Source: a virus | Lineage: Duplodnaviria; Caudoviricetes | Strand: one strand, 5' to 3' | Length of the DNA stretch: 52,172 nt | Virus record (IMG/VR): IMGVR_UViG_3300027734_000102 | Span: 1-52,172 of that record | In this document: piece after piece, positions 45,037 to 52,172 of the stretch | How positions within the stretch are numbered: position 1 is the stretch's first letter | Layout of the letters: each line of letters starts with the position of its first letter | Position numbers and translations under genes: made by a program | Notes under the pieces: model-generated | Database searches by the model: none | Seen by the model: only the letters and a program-made list of their open reading frames with translations | What the model was told of the DNA's origin: nothing

Positions 45037-45620
45037 ACACCCTCAGAGTTCACGAAGTGACCCTGGTTGCGGAGCTCTCCGACTATCTCTTCAATGCCGG
45101 CGACTGGCACCAGGTTCCATCCGTTCTCCCGCAAGTATCTCGTCGAGTCAGCGAGCGTCTCTTTTGAGACCGGACGAACTCCTTTCCTCGAGACCCACTC
45201 GATATTGTCGCTTCCACCGAGGGGACTGAAGTCTCCCTTGTCGAACGTGTACACGGTGAAACGGTGGGATCTCAGTGATGGGATGTCGCTCCTGTCCACG
45301 AGGAGGTTCATGCTGTCAGTCCTGAGATTCACGCCCATGTCAGCCAGTGACTCAATGACATCGACTTCATCGCCACTGACGACCGCTCTTGGCGTGTCGC
45401 GGGGAAGCGAGTAGAACGGAGCCCACTCGAAAGGAGACGCATAGACGAGCTTCTCCCTCCTCCCACCGACTTCGTCACCTGTCGAGATTCCTGATTCGCT
45501 ACCGTCATCGCTGAACCAGAACTCACGGGGCTCGAAGCTGGAGATCTCCGACGAGGGCGAGACGTGGTAGACGTACTGTTCTCTGGCCAACATTTCCCTG
45601 ATGAGTCTTCTAATGAGCAT
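45033..45620 (-). CDS. tag-bearing protein, possible H-Y class ART-like fold
   Basis: MLIRRLIREMLARE directly followed by YVYHVSP...FEPR...LVYAS...EWVS. Confidence 0.7.
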   Translation of the reverse strand: MLIRRLIREMLAREQYVYHVSPSSEISSFEPREFWFSDDGSESGISTGDEVGGRREKLVYASPFEWAPFYSLPRDTPRAVVSGDEVDVIESLADMGVNLRTDSMNLLVDRSDIPSLRSHRFTVYTFDKGDFSPLGGSDNIEWVSRKGVRPVSKETLADSTRYLRENGWNLVPVAGIEEIVGELRNQGHFVNSEGV

Positions 45621-45639
45621 GCCATAAATAGTTATCCAC

Positions 45640-46107
45640 ATGAAGTCCGATAAGTTGATACGCATGCTGATTCGAGAAGAGCTCATCAGGCAAAGTGAAG
45701 TATCACCCGAGCACTCCGATCTGATAGCTTCACTCCTGGATGCCGCTGACTCTCATCCAGAGTTCAAGGGCTACGACCTCGTGAAGGGTCCAGAGCGTGA
45801 CGTGGCAAGACTAATCATCACTGACGAGATGGGCACTCCCGTCGGCTTTATGACTCCCAGATTCGACAGGGGCTTCTGGCGCACTGGTGCAATCTACACG
45901 CACCCTGATGTCAGGGGAAAGGGATACGCGAGGAAGGCGATCATTGAATTCTTCAGTGACCCGTCCCACAGGCCCGCCAGGGTCTGGATTGCTGACATGA
46001 ACCCCGAGTCCATCAGGGCTTTCACAGGTGCCGGTTTCATACAGGGTGAGCGCCACGATCTCAGTCAAAGTCCAGCGGACAAGGGAAAATATTATGAGCT
46101 ACACTAA
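45640..46107 (+). CDS. tag-bearing GNAT acetyltransferase
   Basis: KLIRMLIREELIRQSE; YTHPDVRGKGYA, N.ESIRAF..AGF. Confidence 0.85.
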   Translation: MKSDKLIRMLIREELIRQSEVSPEHSDLIASLLDAADSHPEFKGYDLVKGPERDVARLIITDEMGTPVGFMTPRFDRGFWRTGAIYTHPDVRGKGYARKAIIEFFSDPSHRPARVWIADMNPESIRAFTGAGFIQGERHDLSQSPADKGKYYELH

Positions 46108-46723
46108 TCTTCGTTCGCTCATCCGAGAGATGGCTGGCCCTCTTGGTCTCTATGCTTTCTCTGACGAGAGGCAGATACTGCCTAGTCCTCCTCCCGGCGA
46201 GAAGAACACGGCGGCTGAGACAAGGCTCTTCCAGAAGATAGTCAAGTCAGTCGAGCGTAACGCAAAACTGGACGTGAGGGCTGCTGAGACCATCAAGGGA
46301 ATACTCCGCGACGGCCTGTACCAAGACATGCTTCGAGAGCCAGAAGCCGAAATGCTCTACAGGGGCATGATTCTGAGCTCAAAAGAGATAGAAGCTCTAC
46401 TTGGAACTAAGGACTGGATCCAAGCCCACAGAGGTGGACTCGCAGGAGACTTTGTATTCAGGCCCCGTGGAGGATCTGCCTCTTCGTGGACAACTGACAA
46501 GAGCGTGGCAAGCAATTTCACTGGTACTTCTTGGCTGTCGCCCCAAAGAGATAGAAACAAGACCAAGGTCGTAATGACAGCTCGGAGGTCGAGCAATCCC
46601 TTCTGTTTCTTTGAGCTCAAGCCATTTTATCCGTTGTTATCAAACTATGATTTTTATTCCGCCGAGAGCGAAGCCGTTGGCCTCGGAGACATTAAGTTCG
46701 AATTCGTGGAGATGGGACATTGA
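46094..46723 (+). CDS. tag-bearing putative R-S-E class ADP-ribosyltransferase
   Basis: NLRSLIREM; LYRGM, ASSWTTD, AESEAVGLG; paralog of 9418..10095. Confidence 0.65.
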   Translation: MSYTNLRSLIREMAGPLGLYAFSDERQILPSPPPGEKNTAAETRLFQKIVKSVERNAKLDVRAAETIKGILRDGLYQDMLREPEAEMLYRGMILSSKEIEALLGTKDWIQAHRGGLAGDFVFRPRGGSASSWTTDKSVASNFTGTSWLSPQRDRNKTKVVMTARRSSNPFCFFELKPFYPLLSNYDFYSAESEAVGLGDIKFEFVEMGH

Positions 46724-46743
46724 AAAGCCTAAATGATACTAGC

Positions 46744-47256
46744 ATGAAGTCTCTTCGAGGCCTCATCCGAGAGATGTGTAAGAAACCCGAATACTGGGGT
46801 CGCGGCGGCGCCGGAATCATGTTCCGCTGTCCCGATGACGACACGGTCCTTCTTCTCCTGCGCGCTCCTTGGGTCGCCCAGGGCGGGACATGGGGTATAC
46901 CCGGCGGCGGGGTCGAGGAAGGTTGGTTCGAGACTCCGATTGAGGATCCCATCACTGATCCTATGGTGTTCCGGAACGCGGCTTTCCGTGAGGCGGTCGA
47001 GGAGTGTGGCTCGCTTCCTCCCGGATTCTCGCCATCTCAGGTCGTAGGGCAGACGGTCTACGAGGACTGCGGTTTCCAATATGTCACCCTCCTCGCCGAC
47101 ATCACCCTGGAGCAGAAAGAAGGGTGGCACCTCGAGTCCAACGACGGTGAGACTGACGACTTTCAGTGGGTCCCGAGGTCGAAGCTGAATCCCGGCGCTA
47201 GCTTGATGGGAAGTCGTCTCCACTTCGGAGTGGAGTACACGCTCTCTAAAATGTGA
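46744..47256 (+). CDS. tag-bearing Nudix hydrolase
   Basis: MKSLRGLIREM; LLLLRA, GTWGIPGGGVE...AAFREAVEECG (Nudix box with insertion). Confidence 0.85.
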   Translation: MKSLRGLIREMCKKPEYWGRGGAGIMFRCPDDDTVLLLLRAPWVAQGGTWGIPGGGVEEGWFETPIEDPITDPMVFRNAAFREAVEECGSLPPGFSPSQVVGQTVYEDCGFQYVTLLADITLEQKEGWHLESNDGETDDFQWVPRSKLNPGASLMGSRLHFGVEYTLSKM

Positions 47257-47309
47257 GATGCCAGTGTTCAACTCCGTGCACCTGTATTATAATGGTCAAG
47301 GAGGTCACA

Positions 47310-48674
47310 TTGGCAGAGACCCAGCAAGTATCAGTCCGCAAGGTCGAGGACTTCTTCGACAATGAGTACAAGGGGTACGCGGTCTACACGATCGAGAACC
47401 GCGCAATCCCGTCCGTGATCGACGGCTTCAAGCCATCTCAGCGGAAGATCGCATATGCGGCAAACCGGCTGTGGAAGACGGGCAATGAGAAGCCCATGAA
47501 GGTCTTCCAGCTCGGTGGTCAGGCTGCGGCAATCTCGTTCTTCCACCACGGTTCGCTCGATGGTACCATCATCGGGATGACCCAGGAGTTCAAGAACTCG
47601 ATGCCCATCTTCCAGGGCATCGGCCAGTTTGGCTCCCTCCGGTCCCCTGAGCCCGGCGCTGCCCGATACATTGGCGTGAAGTTCAACGAGAACTTCAAGC
47701 TCCTCTATAAGGACTTTGAGCTCGTCACGCCGAAGTTCGAGGAGGGCGAGGAGATCGAGCCTCAGTTCTTCCTGCCCATCATCCCCACGGTGCTCCTCAA
47801 CGGCGGGTCTGGAATCGCGGTCGGGTTTGCGACGAACATTCTCAACCGCCATCCCCTCGACCTCGTGGACGCTTGCCTCGCCCAGCTCGATAAGAAGAAG
47901 CTTCCGGTCCTCCGTCCCTGGATCAAGGGATTCCACGGGACCTTCGAGCAGTCGGCAGAGAACAAGAAGACCTGGGTGATCCGTGGCGCCTTCGAGGTGA
48001 AGAACACGTCGACGGTCGAGATCACTGAGATTCCCCCGTCGTTCACGTACGAGAAGTATGAGTCCCTCCTCGACTCCTTGGTTGAGAAGGACATCCTCGC
48101 CTCCTACGATGACCACTCATCGGACCGGGTCCGATATGTTCTCAAGTTCCCGCGCACGATCCTCGCTGAGTACATCAAGAAGGACAAGCTCGGTGACCTG
48201 CTGAAGATGCGGGAACAGGAGACTGAGAACCTGACGACCCTTGATGAGAACGGCAAGCTCAAGGTGTTCGATTCACCCGATGACATCGTGAAGTACTTTG
48301 TTGACTTCCGGTTGGATTACTATGGTCGTCGCAAGGCCTACCTTCTGAGTGAGCTGGGTAACGATCTCAAGGTCCTCTCTGCGCGCGCAAAGTTCGTCAA
48401 GGCGATTGTCGACCGCGTGATCGAGGTCGCAAACGTGAAGAAGGCTGATATTGAACGGGGGATCGAGTCCCTGGGAATCGAGCGCGGCGAGGACGGATAT
48501 GAGTTCCTGTTCTCGATGCCGATCCACACCCTCACCGCCGAGAAGTATGCTGAGCTTCTCAAGCGGCTTGAGTCGAAGCAGAAGGACTACGACAAGGTGC
48601 TGAAGACTGAGCCTGCTGACTTCTACAAGCAGGACCTCAAGGACCTCAAGAGGCAACTAGAGAAGTCTGCCTGA
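47310..48674 (+). CDS. DNA topoisomerase II medium subunit (T4 gp52-like)
   Basis: RAIPSVIDGFKPSQRK, FHHG, GQFGS, AARY catalytic Tyr, LLNGGSGIAVGFAT; TTG start after GGAGG. Confidence 0.95.
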   Translation: MAETQQVSVRKVEDFFDNEYKGYAVYTIENRAIPSVIDGFKPSQRKIAYAANRLWKTGNEKPMKVFQLGGQAAAISFFHHGSLDGTIIGMTQEFKNSMPIFQGIGQFGSLRSPEPGAARYIGVKFNENFKLLYKDFELVTPKFEEGEEIEPQFFLPIIPTVLLNGGSGIAVGFATNILNRHPLDLVDACLAQLDKKKLPVLRPWIKGFHGTFEQSAENKKTWVIRGAFEVKNTSTVEITEIPPSFTYEKYESLLDSLVEKDILASYDDHSSDRVRYVLKFPRTILAEYIKKDKLGDLLKMREQETENLTTLDENGKLKVFDSPDDIVKYFVDFRLDYYGRRKAYLLSELGNDLKVLSARAKFVKAIVDRVIEVANVKKADIERGIESLGIERGEDGYEFLFSMPIHTLTAEKYAELLKRLESKQKDYDKVLKTEPADFYKQDLKDLKRQLEKSA

Positions 48675-48901
48675 TGTTGGAACTTGCTAGCGGTAAGCAA
48701 GTGGACTCTGGGGCGCTAGTTCGACTCAAGCCCGATCCAAGCTTCGCCACATGGGACCAAATGTACGGCGGCAAGATTGCGGTCCTCGTCGGGAGAGAGT
48801 GGTCAAGAGAGTTGGGAAAGTTTCTGTACACTGTGCTGGTCGATGGTAATGTCATCTACGTAGAGCAGGAGGACATCGGTGAAGAAATCAACTGCGAATG
48901 A
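48674..48901 (+). CDS. small SH3/KOW-like protein
   Basis: SGALVRLK...YTVLVDG. Confidence 0.65.
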   Translation: MLELASGKQVDSGALVRLKPDPSFATWDQMYGGKIAVLVGREWSRELGKFLYTVLVDGNVIYVEQEDIGEEINCE

Positions 48902-49070
48902 AATCATCCCATGCGCTCCGAACCAGTTGCGCCTCCTCCACGGCACCGTCATCCTTGTGTGCGAGGTCGACGGCGTTCGTGTTGATGTGCTGCACGACAA
49001 CGGCAAACAAGAGGGCTTCTACAAGAAGTGGCTTGAGAACAACACTGCCGTCATCAAGAACGTAGGCTGA
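48879..49070 (+). CDS. small hypothetical protein
   Basis: GGAGG RBS, GTG start. Confidence 0.55.
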   Translation: MKKSTANEIIPCAPNQLRLLHGTVILVCEVDGVRVDVLHDNGKQEGFYKKWLENNTAVIKNVG

Positions 49071-49077
49071 GTTTCGA

Positions 49078-49626
49078 ATGCGCAGGACAGAGAAGATTCA
49101 GATCTCCTTCTTCAAGGGTGACCGCCATGAGTGGCATCACCGCTTCATTCGCTGGTGGACTAAGAGTCCCTACTCCCATGCCGAGATCGTCCTTGACGGC
49201 GATACATGGGTCTCTATCTCTCCATTCCTCTTCACAAGAGTCGCAGCCCGTGTGCGGACACATGTCCCGGAAGACGAGTGGGACTACCTCGACTTCAGAG
49301 TAACTCCAGAAGAGCTCCACGCGCTGAAAGACTTCATCTCAGAGACCACGGGAGACGGCTACGACTGGATCGGAATGCTCCTCTCACAGGTCCTACCCGT
49401 GATCGTGAAGGGAAAGGGGCGATGGTACTGCTCCCAGTGGATTGCGCATGCCCTCAGCCACGCTGGGATTGTGAAGTGGAAGAAGCTCGGGATCTATGAG
49501 TTTCCTGACCTCCACCCAGGTCGCCTGTTTGAGATTCTCTCAAAGGTCGAAGAGCTTCCCTTAGAAGACTCTGAAGACATCAACATCTCTCCGCAACATA
49601 TCACTACCGGCTCTATGGCTGATTGA
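49078..49626 (+). CDS. permuted papain-like (NlpC/P60, YiiX/YebB-type) enzyme
   Basis: SPYSHAEI, GYDW.G, WYCSQW with His before Cys. Confidence 0.75.
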   Translation: MRRTEKIQISFFKGDRHEWHHRFIRWWTKSPYSHAEIVLDGDTWVSISPFLFTRVAARVRTHVPEDEWDYLDFRVTPEELHALKDFISETTGDGYDWIGMLLSQVLPVIVKGKGRWYCSQWIAHALSHAGIVKWKKLGIYEFPDLHPGRLFEILSKVEELPLEDSEDINISPQHITTGSMAD

Positions 49627-49641
49627 AACAGGGATAAGCGC

Positions 49642-50409
49642 ATGACAAGTGAATCTCACCAGATCCATGGAATGGATCTGCGAAATCTGGACTGCATGGA
49701 ACTCCTCACCTCCATTCCAAGCGAGAGCGTGGACGTCATCATCGCGGATCCCCCTTACTTTGAGATCGTCGGAAACGACTGGGACCACCAGTGGAAGAGC
49801 GAGGGTGAGTACATCGCGTGGTGCGACGCCTGGGTGCGGCAGTGCTCAGCGGTCCTGAAGCCTGGGGGTGCCATGTACGTCTGGGGGACGACCAAGACCG
49901 ACACTTTCCTACGCTTCAAACTCAACGTGATGAACGGGGTCTCGAGCCTAGAGTACCGCAACTGGATCGTCTGGTCCTACGACTGGGGTGGACGCACCAA
50001 GAAGACCTGGCCACGAAAGCACGAGGACTGTCTCATGTACTCGAAGGGTCCCGAGGTCCGTTGGTATCCAGAGAATGTGGAAGTCCCCCGTAAGGTGACT
50101 AAGAACCTGCGCACTGGCGAAGAGTTCGAGCGCGGCAAGGTGCCTACTGACGTGTGGCAACAGAACAATCACACGACCAGTCGAGAGTACTGTGGCTGGC
50201 ACCCGACCCAGAAGCCTGTTGCTCTATTGGAGAGGATGGTGCTAGCCCACACAGCGCCCGGAGACATCATCCTCGATCCGTTCTCTGGTTCTGGATCTAC
50301 GGCAATTGCGGCTCTGAAGAACGGGCGCCAATTTGTCGGAAGCGAGAAGGACACTAACTACTACAACAAGTCCCTGGAGCGGATCAAGGAACTCGTTGGG
50401 GCTGGCTGA
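49642..50409 (+). CDS. beta-class DNA methyltransferase (N6A/N4C)
   Basis: IADPPY, HPTQKP and LDPFSGSGST. Confidence 0.92.
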   Translation: MTSESHQIHGMDLRNLDCMELLTSIPSESVDVIIADPPYFEIVGNDWDHQWKSEGEYIAWCDAWVRQCSAVLKPGGAMYVWGTTKTDTFLRFKLNVMNGVSSLEYRNWIVWSYDWGGRTKKTWPRKHEDCLMYSKGPEVRWYPENVEVPRKVTKNLRTGEEFERGKVPTDVWQQNNHTTSREYCGWHPTQKPVALLERMVLAHTAPGDIILDPFSGSGSTAIAALKNGRQFVGSEKDTNYYNKSLERIKELVGAG

Positions 50410-50435
50410 CTACTTACTGTAAGCCAGGGTGGTGA

Positions 50436-50687
50436 TTGAGAAAGAGGTCTTGGTTCATAGAAGAAGGCTCATTGGCCAGACTCCGCATCGATGAAGATGG
50501 ATTCACAGATGTCGCGCTGTTTAAACAGGACTGCGACGGCTACGTCAAGAACCACTGGATAGAAATTGGCAAACTATGCGTTGTGCTGGAGAGTGGCCGG
50601 ACATTCACAAATGTACTACTAGATGGCATGACAGGTGTAGTTCCAACTAGACAGTTAGAGGTGATACATGAGCAGGACAACGCCTGA
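50436..50687 (+). CDS. small SH3/KOW-like protein
   Basis: EGSLARLR...GKLCVVLE...VLLDG. Confidence 0.55.
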   Translation: MRKRSWFIEEGSLARLRIDEDGFTDVALFKQDCDGYVKNHWIEIGKLCVVLESGRTFTNVLLDGMTGVVPTRQLEVIHEQDNA

Positions 50688-50925
50688 GTCTGGAGATCTG
50701 ATAAAACTGGCCTGCAAGTTCTCTGGTCAGAATACCATCATGGTCGGCAATATCCCTGATGACGAAGGCTCAAGGGAGTTTGCACCAGGGACGTTAGCTC
50801 TCGTGGTTGGATTAGCAAACCTGTCTGAGAATTATGACGGTCGCACAATCACGCCTCTTGTTCTCGTGGACGGCTTCACGGGTTGGATTTACAACGATGA
50901 GTGGGAGCAAGTTGGAGACTCTTAA
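50668..50925 (+). CDS. small SH3/KOW-like protein
   Basis: GAGGTG RBS; SGDLIKL...GTLALVV...VLVDG..GWI. Confidence 0.65.
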   Translation: MSRTTPESGDLIKLACKFSGQNTIMVGNIPDDEGSREFAPGTLALVVGLANLSENYDGRTITPLVLVDGFTGWIYNDEWEQVGDS

Positions 50926-51199
50926 ACATGAGTTCAGTGTTGGAGACCTAGTCCAGCTCAGGTTCTGGAATGATGAGACCTGGGCTTGGGATATCCCTGA
51001 CTATCCGCCCTACATTGTTACTGGCCTCGGAGAAATTGGAGAGAGCGTCCACCGGAATGACGATCCTGTAGGCAGAGCATTCATCACGGTGGTAGGTGGG
51101 CCGATGCATGATGTCCGGGTGATACCTTCAGCATACTTAGTGCACTATCCAAAGCAGGATGAAGCACAAGTGAGCATGTCTGAAGAGGTGAAAGCTTGA
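50912..51199 (+). CDS. small SH3/KOW-like protein
   Basis: FSVGDLVQLR; start codon uncertain. Confidence 0.55.
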   Translation: METLKHEFSVGDLVQLRFWNDETWAWDIPDYPPYIVTGLGEIGESVHRNDDPVGRAFITVVGGPMHDVRVIPSAYLVHYPKQDEAQVSMSEEVKA

Positions 51200-51423
51200 A
51201 GACCCTTGATCTCAACGTTGAAGATGTGGTACACCTGAGCGGGGACGACTATGAGACTCGTTTCCCAGCACTCAAAGAAGTTCCAATGGTCGTGCGGCTC
51301 ATAGAGCGATCGACTGGAAGCTACCTTGCCTACACTTATCAGTTCCAGATGGGAAATGAGACTTCTCACGGATACTTGTTCGAGTGCCAGACAGGCGGTC
51401 TCCTGAAGATATTCGTCCAGTAG
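51196..51423 (+). CDS. small hypothetical protein
   Basis: GAGGTG RBS, TTG start; LNVEDVVHL. Confidence 0.55.
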   Translation: MKTLDLNVEDVVHLSGDDYETRFPALKEVPMVVRLIERSTGSYLAYTYQFQMGNETSHGYLFECQTGGLLKIFVQ

Positions 51424-51451
51424 TTGTACTTCTGAGATCAGAGATTATCAT
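51424..51451 (+). promoter_or_regulatory. promoter-like TTGTAC-N16-TATCAT
   Basis: Same -35 hexamer as at 14248 and 18164. Confidence 0.45.
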
Positions 51452-51499
51452 TGTCTCATACTGAGACAGTGAGTGGCCTGTGGTGTCTATGGAGTTGTG

Positions 51500-51703
51500 A
51501 TGGCTGAGTTCCGCAAGGGTGACCTCGTGATCGACCGGGTGCGCCATGGCGACACTGGCATCGTGATGTCAGTCCGTAACAACCTCACTCTCGTTTACTG
51601 GGTCGAAGGAGCCGGTCACCTCTGGACTCCGAGCGACCAGATCGCACCCCACCCCAGACCAGAGTCTGAGGTCCTCGAAGAAATGTTCGAATTTGGAGAC
51701 TGA
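51500..51703 (+). CDS. small SH3/KOW-like protein
   Basis: FRKGDLV...GIVMSV...VYW. Confidence 0.6.
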   Translation: MAEFRKGDLVIDRVRHGDTGIVMSVRNNLTLVYWVEGAGHLWTPSDQIAPHPRPESEVLEEMFEFGD

Positions 51704-52172
51704 ATGAGCATACTTGACGCGCTACAGGACAGGGTACTCCTGTTCGACGGCGGCATGGGAACCCAGATCCAGGGCTTCAACCTGCCGATCAAGGACTATG
51801 ACGGGCTTGAGAACTGTTCAGAGATCCTGAACCTGACCCGTCCTGACGTGATACGGGAGATCCACAGCCGATATTTCGCCGCTGGATCAGACATCGTTGA
51901 GACCAACACCTTCGGCGCCAGCCCATGGGTCCTCGCGGAGTTTGGCCTCCAGGACGATACCGAAGAGATCAACTCTGAAGCGGCATACATCGCGAAAATG
52001 GCTGCGGGTAAGTTCACCACTGAAGCTCGACCCCGATATGTCGCTGGCTCGATCGGACCCGGCACTCGCCTCCCATCGCTTGGGCACATCACTTGGGACG
52101 AGATGTTTGCGGGTTACAAGCGTCAGGTCCATGGACTCATGGCGGGCGGTGTCGATCTCATCATCGTTGAGA
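51704..52172 (+). CDS. metH: methionine synthase, homocysteine-binding domain (3'-truncated by the window)
   Basis: MSILDALQDRVLLFDGGMGTQIQ...NCSEILNLTRPDVIREIH..YFAAGSDIVETNTFG...VAGSIGPG. Confidence 0.88.
   Translation, partial: MSILDALQDRVLLFDGGMGTQIQGFNLPIKDYDGLENCSEILNLTRPDVIREIHSRYFAAGSDIVETNTFGASPWVLAEFGLQDDTEEINSEAAYIAKMAAGKFTTEARPRYVAGSIGPGTRLPSLGHITWDEMFAGYKRQVHGLMAGGVDLIIVE

Noticed and set aside
6926-47256. Tag as a Sec/Tat signal peptide or ribbon-helix-helix DNA-binding domain
   Set aside because: It has no hydrophobic h-region, is too short for RHH, and also occurs internally and at a C-terminus.
11664-48656. Long antisense ORFs (e.g. 11664..12371-, 14388..15026-, 18630..19571-, 27477..28346-, 47331..48116-)
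   Set aside because: They lie opposite well-supported genes and are expected from GC-rich third codon positions.
43165-48674. Bacterial gyrB/gyrA or parE/parC chromosomal locus, or intein/intron insertions
   Set aside because: The medium subunit is short and lacks the GyrA C-terminal pinwheel, as in T4 gp52. Both ORFs are of normal length with no splicing motifs.
16907-50409. Restriction-modification systems around the two methyltransferases
   Set aside because: No recognisable restriction endonuclease next to either gene. They look like orphan protective methylases.
1-52172. CRISPR array or cas genes
   Set aside because: No regularly spaced identical direct repeats seen. The recurring repeats are tRNA arms and tag-coding 5' ends.
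1-52172. Stop-codon reassignment
   Set aside because: Recognisable genes are full length in code 11 and end in TAA, TAG and TGA. No CTA, TCA or TTA anticodon tRNA was found; the TAG, TAA and TGA anticodons are ordinary Leu and Ser.

Overview
This window is a piece of a large (jumbo-type) tailed-phage genome. The evidence is T4-type topoisomerase II subunits, 23 tRNA genes interleaved with three free-standing endonucleases, a DenV-like glycosylase, two DNA methyltransferases, dense small ORFs and several host-derived genes (two-component pair, di-heme cytochrome c peroxidase, YceI, eukaryote-type phosphomannomutase, class II aldolase, start of metH). The most striking signal is a short amphipathic peptide tag, consensus roughly (I/L)TES-x-(L/I/V)R-x-(L/I)(I/V)RE-x-LL-x-E. 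It appears in about 29 otherwise unrelated proteins: usually at the N-terminus, sometimes between domains and once at the C-terminus. The tagged proteins include predicted ADP-ribosyltransferase-like, GNAT-like, Nudix, zincin, kinase, HAD phosphatase, ParB-like and alpha/beta-hydrolase domains. Many of their operons follow an ATAnTTA element just upstream of the start codon. My inference is a modular arsenal of capsid-targeted, protease-processed, injected effectors, analogous to T4 internal proteins and Alt but much expanded. Other oddities are two long-variable-arm tRNA-Lys, a short-arm tRNA-Leu(UAA), two tRNA-Ile(UAU) and several candidate structured RNAs in the tRNA array. All family calls come from reading motifs by eye; no database searches were run.
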